DNA of 63,237 nucleotides from Bradymonadales bacterium (GTDB lineage Bacteria; Myxococcota_A; Bradymonadia; UBA4248): NCBI GenBank assembly GCA_041656175.1, contig JBBAEA010000003.1, positions 1 to 63,237 of the forward strand, read 5' to 3'. Shown piece by piece: positions 56,674 to 63,237 of this stretch (position 1 is its first letter; each line of letters starts with the position of its first letter). The notes under the pieces were generated by a model. It saw only the letters and a program-made list of their open reading frames with translations, ran no database searches and was not told where the DNA came from. The position numbers and the translations under genes were made by a program.

Positions 56674-57428
56674 TGAGAAAGAGACATGAAGTCATTGGCA
56701 TTAAACAGGTGATTCGCTTCGAGTGGATGCAGAAGGCTGCCAATCTACTGCTGGCAGGACTCGACGCCAAAACCATCCGCCATGAGCTGCACGAGTTCCT
56801 TAAGGACAGAAAAGGCAATGGCACAGTGGGCGAAAGAAGCGAAAAGACCCGAACCTTCGCGGTCGACAACTTGATGAAGATCTGGGTATCCCCGGATCCC
56901 GACTTGAACCCGTTCCGGGAAGCATCGTTGGAGTTTCTGCTAGAAAAACCGTCCGTGGCTTTGCCGATCCAATGGGGGATGATCTCGGCATCCTATCCCT
57001 TTTGGTTCAACGTGGCTCGCCAGACCGGCCGTCTCTTGGCTTTGCAGAACCAGGTGACTCAGACACAGATCATCAATCGCTTGAAGGAACAGTATGGCGA
57101 TCGACAAACGGTGAGCAGCTGTGCGAAATATGTTATCCGCTCCTTTGTTGCTTGGGGTGTTCTAAAGGATTCCGAGACCAAGGGCTGCTATGAGAAACCC
57201 GCTCCCGTGAGCATTGCCGAGCCAAACCTAGCCATCCTGATGTTCGAGTCAGCACTCCTAGCCACCCCGGAGGCCAAGAGCGCATTAGGGCTGATCCTGC
57301 ACAACCCGGCATTCTTCCCATTCCAGCTCCCCGCGTTGACGGGAGATTTTGTATCCCATCGCAGCGACCGGATCGACGTGCTTCGTTACGCACTGGACGA
57401 TGAGCTGCTGAAATTGAAGGGCATCTAA
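56670..57428 (+). CDS. Hypothetical helical protein in the BrxA (DUF1819) position of a BREX type-3-like gene order
   Basis: GTGATGA overlap with pglZ. 252 aa, predicted all-alpha. The assignment rests on position and size only. Confidence 0.35.
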   Translation: MMRKRHEVIGIKQVIRFEWMQKAANLLLAGLDAKTIRHELHEFLKDRKGNGTVGERSEKTRTFAVDNLMKIWVSPDPDLNPFREASLEFLLEKPSVALPIQWGMISASYPFWFNVARQTGRLLALQNQVTQTQIINRLKEQYGDRQTVSSCAKYVIRSFVAWGVLKDSETKGCYEKPAPVSIAEPNLAILMFESALLATPEAKSALGLILHNPAFFPFQLPALTGDFVSHRSDRIDVLRYALDDELLKLKGI

Positions 57429-57446
57429 ATTAGGGAGGGGACGTGA

Positions 57447-58265
57447 ATGCCTTGGACTTCGGAACACACTAAATGGCTCATCGACACTGGCGAACGACTG
57501 AAAACTGCCGACGGCAAGAAAGTCGAGGTCTGGGAGCTCCGTCATGAAAACGACGCGGTAGTGCTTTCGGCTTGGGCTAGGCATTTCCGGAATCACTACT
57601 GCTTTGACAGGGATATTGATGATTTGCGCAGAGGGTACGATTGCTCTCGTGGAGAGTATCTCAACACCATAAAGTTTCTAGACCCCAAATATGCGCCAGG
57701 CCCCAGCATCCGCGCTGGCGACTTTGGAGAAGTGCTGGTTGCAGATTTTCTTGAATACCTGCTTGGTTACTGGGTTCCACGCACTCGCTATGGTGGCAAA
57801 ACCAGCCGGAACGAGTCGACAAAAGGCAGTGACATCATCGGCTTCCATATCGTCAAGGATGGCAAAGTTTCTTCGAAGGATAGGCTAGCGATCTTTGAAG
57901 TGAAGGCGCAATTCTCAGGGAAAAAGGCGAAGACGAGACTCCAAGATGCTGTAGATGGCTCGGCAAAAGACATCGAACGGAAGGCGGAGTCTTTGAATGC
58001 GATCAAGCAAAGGCTGCGTGACCGGGATGAGTTCGATAAAGCTAAAATAATTGAACGGTTCCAGAACGAAGTGGCTCGCCCATACAAGGAAGTTTATGGA
58101 GCTGTCGCGCTCTTTGAAAACCCGCTTTTTGACTGCCACCTGACACTCTCTACCAATGCATCCACTTATCCGCATTCTGCTGATCTTGCGTTAGTGGTCA
58201 TTAAAGGGCATCATACGATGGCACTCGTCAACGAGCTCTACAGGAGGGCTGCGGATGAGGCCTGA
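57447..58265 (+). CDS. HamA/DUF1837-like PD-(D/E)xK nuclease-fold protein
   Basis: GGGAGGGGA SD. GDFGE (res 91-95), GSDIIGF (D129) and FEVKAQ (E151-x-K153). Confidence 0.5.
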   Translation: MPWTSEHTKWLIDTGERLKTADGKKVEVWELRHENDAVVLSAWARHFRNHYCFDRDIDDLRRGYDCSRGEYLNTIKFLDPKYAPGPSIRAGDFGEVLVADFLEYLLGYWVPRTRYGGKTSRNESTKGSDIIGFHIVKDGKVSSKDRLAIFEVKAQFSGKKAKTRLQDAVDGSAKDIERKAESLNAIKQRLRDRDEFDKAKIIERFQNEVARPYKEVYGAVALFENPLFDCHLTLSTNASTYPHSADLALVVIKGHHTMALVNELYRRAADEA

Positions 58266-58503
58266 ACAGAAATCCCAACTTCTGCTGGGAGCCACACGGT
58301 CAAAGGCTAAGATGCTTGAGAAAAAGCTGGAATTAGTATTGGATGGCGAAGCGCCCTATGACATCTTCGTGCGCTGGAAAGCGATTGAAAAACAACCCAT
58401 CGGTTGGAATCCAGACTTGAACGATGGCGACCGAATCAACGACCACCACCTGAGTTTGGCCGAGAAACGCGCCGCAAGGGAGATGGTGGAGAGCTCGCCA
58501 TGA
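58255..58503 (+). CDS. Small ORF (82 aa) coupled to both neighbours
   Basis: AGGAGGG lies 6 nt before the ATG at 58255. The stop overlaps the next start (ATGA at 58500-58503). No family recognised. Confidence 0.45.
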   Translation: MRPEQKSQLLLGATRSKAKMLEKKLELVLDGEAPYDIFVRWKAIEKQPIGWNPDLNDGDRINDHHLSLAEKRAAREMVESSP

Positions 58504-59780
58504 TCAAGCATCTCAAACTATCCAATGTTGGCCCAGCAGCTAAGATGGAATTGGAATTTGCTAGGCGCTTGAACCTGTTGACTGGAGATAACGGCTTGGG
58601 CAAGAGCTTTCTGCTGGATATTGCTTGGTGGGCACTGACTCGCAGGTGGCCCGCTGAAATTAACCCGAAGCTGACTGCTGGGAAAAAGGCGTTACCTGCC
58701 TCTGACGGAGAAGCCAAAATAAGCTTTTCTTTTACCAGCAAGAGTAAAGAGGAAAGCTACGAAAGCAGCTTTCTCCGAAAAGAGCAGGCGTGGACTGGCA
58801 GAGCAGGTCGGCCTGCAAACCCAGGGCTCGTCCTGTATGCCATGTCGGATGGCAGTTTTGCTGTTTGGGATCCGCACCGAAATTATTGGCTTACTCGGGA
58901 CGGCCTTGATGTGCAGGAGCGTGTTCCAGCCTATGTTTTTAACCCGAAAGAAGTTTGGGATGGTCTCCAAGATGAAAACGGTGGTTGGCTATGTAATGGT
59001 TTGATACGCGACTGGGCTGGGTGGCAGAAGGAGCGAGGCATACCATTCAAACATCTTAAACAAGTATTGGAAATACTGTCACCTTCGGCCAACGAAAAGC
59101 TGGAACCTGGAAATTTAACGAGAATAAGTCTGGATGATGTCCGCGACATTCCAACGATTCGTATGCCCTATCAACAGGATGTTGCTGTTGTACATGCGTC
59201 ATCTGGAATGCGACGAATCATGGCTTTGGCATACTTTCTTGTTTGGGCATGGGAAGAACACAAGCAAGCGGCCAAGCAACTCGGGGAGCCTGCCACAAAG
59301 CAAATTACCTTTCTGATTGACGAAATCGAATCTCATCTCCATCCGAGCTGGCAGCGTCGTATCGTTCCAACGCTGCTTTCTGTCACGGAAAAACTGACCA
59401 AGAGCGCGAAAGTTCAGTTGATCACAGCTACGCACTCCCCGTTGATCATGGCGTCTGTGGAGCCGTTATTTGACGCGCAACAGGACTCATGGTTTGACCT
59501 CGATTTCGAAGATAAAAAAGTGCTTCTGCGCCGCCGCAACTTTGAAAAACATGGCGATGTTGCGAACTGGCTTGTCAGTGAGGCGTTTGATTTGAAGAGT
59601 GGTCGCCCTATTGAGTATGAGCATCTTGTAGAGGAAGCCTCGACATTGCTGGACAAAGAGCAGCCGACCGAAAAACAGATTTCCGAAATGTATGATAAAT
59701 TGCTTCAAGCATTAGGGCCTAAGGACGAGTTTTTGTTTCGATGGCGGACTATTTGCGACAAAAAAGGGTGGCTCAAATGA
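58500..59780 (+). CDS. ptuA: PtuA-like ABC/AAA_21-type ATPase (Septu-type)
   Basis: Walker A GDNGLGKS (res 29-36), Walker B FLIDEIESHLHP, and ATHSPL. Confidence 0.6.
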   Translation: MIKHLKLSNVGPAAKMELEFARRLNLLTGDNGLGKSFLLDIAWWALTRRWPAEINPKLTAGKKALPASDGEAKISFSFTSKSKEESYESSFLRKEQAWTGRAGRPANPGLVLYAMSDGSFAVWDPHRNYWLTRDGLDVQERVPAYVFNPKEVWDGLQDENGGWLCNGLIRDWAGWQKERGIPFKHLKQVLEILSPSANEKLEPGNLTRISLDDVRDIPTIRMPYQQDVAVVHASSGMRRIMALAYFLVWAWEEHKQAAKQLGEPATKQITFLIDEIESHLHPSWQRRIVPTLLSVTEKLTKSAKVQLITATHSPLIMASVEPLFDAQQDSWFDLDFEDKKVLLRRRNFEKHGDVANWLVSEAFDLKSGRPIEYEHLVEEASTLLDKEQPTEKQISEMYDKLLQALGPKDEFLFRWRTICDKKGWLK

Positions 59781-60376
59781 TCCCCGTGACTCTTCAGCCT
59801 GAACCTGCTGACTTTGATGCTGAAGTACGGCAACGAGGGCATGCATGGCTTAGGAACCAAGCGATAGCTCTTAATGCTGCGCCTCCAAAAGCTTCCAAGC
59901 TACCAAACTATTGGTCGCATTCGAATAAACAGCTATGGGAGGCGTATTCTGGTATATGTGCCTACCTCGCGATTTTTTTCGAATGGAGTACTGGTGCTGC
60001 GTCAACGGATCATTTTATTGCAAAGTCGCAGAATGCTGGTGATGCTTATGAGTGGTCAAACTACCGACTTTCGTGTCTTGCGCCGAATCGCAATAAGAAC
60101 AAGTTTGATGATGTGCTCGATCCCATAGGCTTAAGCCCAAATACCTTTGTCATCAATTTTGCATCAGGCAAGATCGCTCCCAATCCAGCATTAAATTCTG
60201 CCCAGAAAACAGCGGCTCGCAAAACCATCCGCAGATTGAGATTGGACAGCCCAGACAACAACGAGATGCGTGCTCGGCATTTTCAGGATTACCTCAGAGG
60301 TAACTGTTCATTGAATCATCTCCAGCGCTATTCGCCGTTTGTTCACGCAGAGATACGAAGGCAGGGGCTCGCATGA
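59777..60376 (+). CDS. ptuB: PtuB-like HNH-fold protein (TIGR02646-like) with a depleted Cys4 zinc site
   Basis: ATGA overlap with the ATPase gene. The core reads CAYLA...TDHFIAKS...YEWSNYRLSCLAPNRNKNK, where the family pattern as I recall it is CxYCE...DHFxPKS...WxNL..aCxxCNxxK. Confidence 0.5.
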   Translation: MIPVTLQPEPADFDAEVRQRGHAWLRNQAIALNAAPPKASKLPNYWSHSNKQLWEAYSGICAYLAIFFEWSTGAASTDHFIAKSQNAGDAYEWSNYRLSCLAPNRNKNKFDDVLDPIGLSPNTFVINFASGKIAPNPALNSAQKTAARKTIRRLRLDSPDNNEMRARHFQDYLRGNCSLNHLQRYSPFVHAEIRRQGLA

Positions 60377-60582
60377 CCGTGCTCGTTCATCTCTTAAAAG
60401 CACTCCCGACTTTGTCAGTTGGAATGCCAATTGATGCAAGAAATCATGTAACTCGCAGGGCTTAATTTTAGCTCAAAATCTGTACTCCGTGCAAACATTT
60501 GATAAATTCTCATGCACTGCCCCATGTTTGGGGAACTCTGCGTAGTTTATGGCTTTGCTGAGTTTTACGGACAGAGTCGGGT

Positions 60583-60731
60583 GGGGGGCTTTCGCCCCCC
60601 TACGCGCGGGCTTCTTCGCCAAATTCGCTAATGAGCGCAGTATTTTGTGCGATGTTTCGACTATTCGTCGAACCACCGCACAAAATGCGCTCATTGCGAC
60701 TTTGTCTCAGCGATCCCGCGCTACCCCCCAG
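60583..60731 (+). repeat. Family-A structured repeat
   Basis: GGGGGGCTTTCGCCCCCCTACGCGCGGGCTTC ... hairpin aatgagcgcagtattttgtgcg/cgcacaaaatgcgctcatt ... GATCCCGCGCTACCCCCCAG. Confidence 0.85.
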
Positions 60732-60759
60732 AGTGCAGGCTATTCTTTAGCCAGGGGCT

Positions 60760-60881
60760 AAAAACGTTGAGGGGGCGTTGCGGGGGGCTTTGCCCCCCGC
60801 TGAGGGGGTAGTGGCAAACCCGCGCACAGCGCGGGGTTGACACGTAGGGGGAGACTTCCCCCACAAAAGTAAAAAGCTTAA
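60760..60881 (+). repeat. Family-B tri-hairpin repeat, direct partner of 51703-51823
   Basis: Three hairpins: GCGGGGGGCTTTGCCCCCCGC, AACCCGCGCACAGCGCGGGGTT and GGGGGAGACTTCCCCC. Confidence 0.85.
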
Positions 60882-61037
60882 ACATAGAATGGCTCGCAGT
60901 TTTCTTGGCTAAAGAACGGGCTTTGTAAAAAACTTGCATAATGGGCGCAATGGGGTTAATTTGGCGAATGCGTTGGTTTTTTCGTGCGTTTGGCGCGGTA
61001 AGGTGACTGGCGTACATAATGATAATTTTGGAGGCAA

Positions 61038-61256
61038 ATGATGAAGAATCGAGTAGTCGCGATGTTGGCAGTTTTGTTTGTGGCTGCCATGGGGTTGGCT
61101 GGTTGTAAGTCTTGGGCGCCGAATACGACGGAGCCGACGTCGGCGGGTCAGGGTAGCTGTTCGGTGGACCGTGAGTGGGTCCCCGCGAAGCAGGATCCCG
61201 CTACGGGAGAATGGAAAGAAGGCTACTGCGAGTGGAAGCCGGGTAAGAGCGGCTAA
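61038..61256 (+). CDS. Small lipoprotein (72 aa)
   Basis: GGAGG SD, lipobox GLAGC, and a strong terminator downstream. Confidence 0.6.
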   Translation: MMKNRVVAMLAVLFVAAMGLAGCKSWAPNTTEPTSAGQGSCSVDREWVPAKQDPATGEWKEGYCEWKPGKSG

Positions 61257-61274
61257 GACTTGATCGGTTTATAG

Positions 61275-61301
61275 AAGGTCGCTGTGTGCGACCTTTTTTT
61301 T
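61275..61301 (+). terminator. Rho-independent terminator
   Basis: Stem AAGGTCGC/GCGACCTT with a 5-nt loop and a T8 run. Confidence 0.7.
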
Positions 61302-61425
61302 CGGCTTTTTTGTAGAAATTTTGCAAATTTTTGCTAGAGTTTTTCTTTAAAGTTGCTAAGAGATTTGTGTTTTTTGGCTCCGAGGTTTTTTGCGGGGCGA
61401 GGCGAGTGTGGGAAGGGAGATTTTG

Positions 61426-63024
61426 ATGACACTGAGAGAGGAAGTCCAGAAGCGGCGGACTTTTGCGATTATTTCGCACCCTGATGCGGGGAAAACAACT
61501 TTAACTGAAAAGTTCTTGCTTTATGGGGGGGCGCTGCATTTGGCGGGCTCTGTGAAAGCGCGCAAGGAGAGCCGAAGTGCGACTAGTGATTGGATGGCGA
61601 TGGAGCGTGAGCGAGGGATTTCGATATCGACTAGTGTGATGCGCTTTGACTGGGCGGGGTGCGCGATGAATTTGCTGGATACGCCTGGACATAATGACTT
61701 TAGCGAGGATACGTATAGGACGCTGGCGGCGGCGGATTGTGCGATTATGCTTATCGATGCGGTAAAGGGGGTGGAGCCTCAAACGATAAAGTTATTTGAG
61801 GTTTGTCGGATGCGTAATATTCCGATAGTGACTTTTATCAACAAGATGGATCGTGATGGGCGAGATCCTTTGGAATTGCTGTCGGAGATCGAGGATGTTT
61901 TGGGTATTCCGACGAGCCCTGCGACCTGGCCGGTGGGGAGTGGAAAGAGTTTTGTGGGGGTTTATGATAGGTGGCAGGGGCGCCTGCTTAAATTTGCGAG
62001 AACGGAGGGGGGGAGCAGTATTGTTCCGGTGATTGATGCGAGTATCGATGATCCTGTGCTTGAGCGTGAGATTGGCTCGCGTGCGTATGCGTCGTTAGTC
62101 GATAGTTTGGAGCTTTTGGATGGAGCGGGGGAGGAGTTTTCGCTATCGGCGTTTTTGTCGGGGCGTTTGAGCCCTGTGTTTTTTGGCAGTGCGTTGACGA
62201 ATTTTGGGATTGAGCCGTTTTTGGATGCTTTCGTGGGCTTGGCGCCAGCTCCTAGTGGGCGCGAGACGGCGAATGCGTTGTTTGTGCAACCAGAGGACGG
62301 CGAGTTTTCGGGTTTTGTCTTTAAAATACAGGCCAACATGGATCCTCGCCATCGCGATAGGATTGCATTTTTTAGGGTATGCTCTGGGCGTTTTGAGCGC
62401 GGGATGCAGGTAGAGCTTGCACGGACGGGGTCGCGTTTAACGCTGGCGAAGTCAATGAGTTTTATGGCCCAGGAGCGTGTAAAGGTCGAGGAAGCGTTTG
62501 CGGGCGATATTATCGGTCTTTGGGATTCTGGGCAGCTTCATATTGGAGATTCGCTCTTTACGGGGAGCCCTAAGGTTTATGAGGGAATACCGCGTTTTTC
62601 TCCAGAGCATTTTGTGCGCGTTTTGCTGCGTGACCCGCTAAAGCGCAAGCAGTTAAAAAAAGGCCTTGACCAGTTATCGGAGGAGGGGGCGGTGCAGGTG
62701 TTTTACGATTTAGAGCGTATGGAGCGGGATCCGATTTTGGGCGCGGTTGGGCGCCTACAATTTGATGTTGTCCAAGATCGGCTGCTCAACGAGTACAATG
62801 TGAACGTGAGTTTTGAGGGGCTGCCGTATCAGCATGCGCGCTGGATCGAGGGAGAACTCGACCCCGAGGATATCAGCCGAAGAACGGGGACCTTGTGTTT
62901 GAACGATATAGAAAATAGGCTGATCGTATTGTTTAGTTCGGAGTGGATGATGCGCCGTATCATTGACGATTATAAAGATGTGAGCTTTATCGCGGCGGTG
63001 CAACCTGGGCGCGTGGCGAGTTAG
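61426..63024 (+). CDS. prfC: Peptide chain release factor 3
   Basis: RRTFAIISHPDAGKTTLTEK, DTPGHNDFSEDT, NKMDR, and RF3-specific length and C-terminal domains. The start is placed at MTLREEV. The ORF is open from 61390. Confidence 0.93.
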   Translation: MTLREEVQKRRTFAIISHPDAGKTTLTEKFLLYGGALHLAGSVKARKESRSATSDWMAMERERGISISTSVMRFDWAGCAMNLLDTPGHNDFSEDTYRTLAAADCAIMLIDAVKGVEPQTIKLFEVCRMRNIPIVTFINKMDRDGRDPLELLSEIEDVLGIPTSPATWPVGSGKSFVGVYDRWQGRLLKFARTEGGSSIVPVIDASIDDPVLEREIGSRAYASLVDSLELLDGAGEEFSLSAFLSGRLSPVFFGSALTNFGIEPFLDAFVGLAPAPSGRETANALFVQPEDGEFSGFVFKIQANMDPRHRDRIAFFRVCSGRFERGMQVELARTGSRLTLAKSMSFMAQERVKVEEAFAGDIIGLWDSGQLHIGDSLFTGSPKVYEGIPRFSPEHFVRVLLRDPLKRKQLKKGLDQLSEEGAVQVFYDLERMERDPILGAVGRLQFDVVQDRLLNEYNVNVSFEGLPYQHARWIEGELDPEDISRRTGTLCLNDIENRLIVLFSSEWMMRRIIDDYKDVSFIAAVQPGRVAS

Positions 63025-63111
63025 CGTGGCGAGCGTTTGAAATAAAAGCCTATAAAATCAATAGCTTAGGCAGAGAAGAGGCAGCGCCCCTAGGGTGATC
63101 GCAAAGTTCGG

Positions 63112-63237
63112 TTTCGCCAAAAACTGGACGGGGCGTCGCGGGGTGTCCCCGCGGAGGGGGAGCCGAAACGAGCAAAACTAAGTGTTTTGCGAGTTGATGG
63201 CTCGCTTTCGCAGTGAGCATGTCCAAGCCAAGCTCGC
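63112..63237 (+). repeat. 126-bp repeat identical to 29771-29896, cut by the window end
   Basis: 126/126 identity. It is preceded by a TATAAAATCAAT head, as at 29.68 kb. Confidence 0.95.

Noticed and set aside
47208-57428. The idea that the Type IIG methyltransferase at 47208-50399 is the PglX of a complete BREX system together with PglZ.
   Set aside because: It is on the opposite strand and separated by an IS3 wreck, a repeat and an orphan gene. It carries its own PD-ExK nuclease and has a different base composition. No BrxC/PglY ATPase is present anywhere in the window.
57447-60376. A retron (Ec78-type) reading of the PtuA/PtuB-like pair.
   Set aside because: No reverse-transcriptase ORF lies adjacent, and I saw no msr/msd-like inverted-repeat structure. 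The upstream genes are a nuclease-fold protein and a micro-ORF.
1-63237. A search for CRISPR arrays, tRNA, rRNA or prophage structural genes.
   Set aside because: No regularly spaced short repeats were found, and the repeats present are dispersed and heterogeneous. I noticed no cloverleaf-like T-arm consensus (GGTTCGAATCC-type) in the intergenic regions. I saw no capsid, tail or terminase-like ORFs.

Overview
The window is 63.2 kb of chromosome from a Gram-negative bacterium with mid-range GC. It has many lipobox lipoproteins, an OM porin, a Hanks-type kinase, TPR-Slt and EGF-like Cys-rich modules. This looks Myxococcota/Bdellovibrionota-like, but the lineage guess is low confidence. I saw no rRNA, tRNA or CRISPR array.

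Layout:
- 0.2-11.5 kb: a starch/glycogen utilisation cluster with three GH13 lipoproteins, a LamB-like porin and a HEAT-like lipoprotein.
- 11.6-40.6 kb: mostly housekeeping genes. These are a serine hydrolase, BtpA, YgiQ, typA, an M16 peptidase pair, a 1378-aa PKD/CARDB/PPC surface protein, an RsmB/F-like methyltransferase, GT2, Slt70-like, dut, a small SLT, pgsA and a Ser/Thr kinase.
- 40.6-47.2 kb: an accessory block. It holds an anthrax-LF-like HExxH protein, an orphan C-terminal fragment of a paralogue, two paralogous lipoproteins, an IS4/IS1634-like transposase scrap and tandemly duplicated OM beta-barrel genes.
- 47.2-60.9 kb: a defence island. It holds a Type IIG R-M enzyme, a gutted IS3 element and an AT-rich orphan gene, followed by a tightly coupled seven-ORF operon.
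- 61-63 kb: a small lipoprotein and prfC.

The operon starts with a 5'-beheaded SNF2 helicase, PglZ and a BrxA-like protein, which together read as the 3' half of a BREX type-3-like locus. It ends with the best candidate for an undescribed system: a HamA/DUF1837-like nuclease, an 82-aa ORF, a PtuA-like ATPase and a Cys-depleted PtuB-like HNH.

Intergenic DNA is saturated with at least three families of structured G/C-hairpin repeats. One family shows compensatory changes in its central stem. One 126-bp block is identical at two loci 33 kb apart. Two copies directly flank the defence operon.

All family calls come from motifs read by eye. No database search was run.
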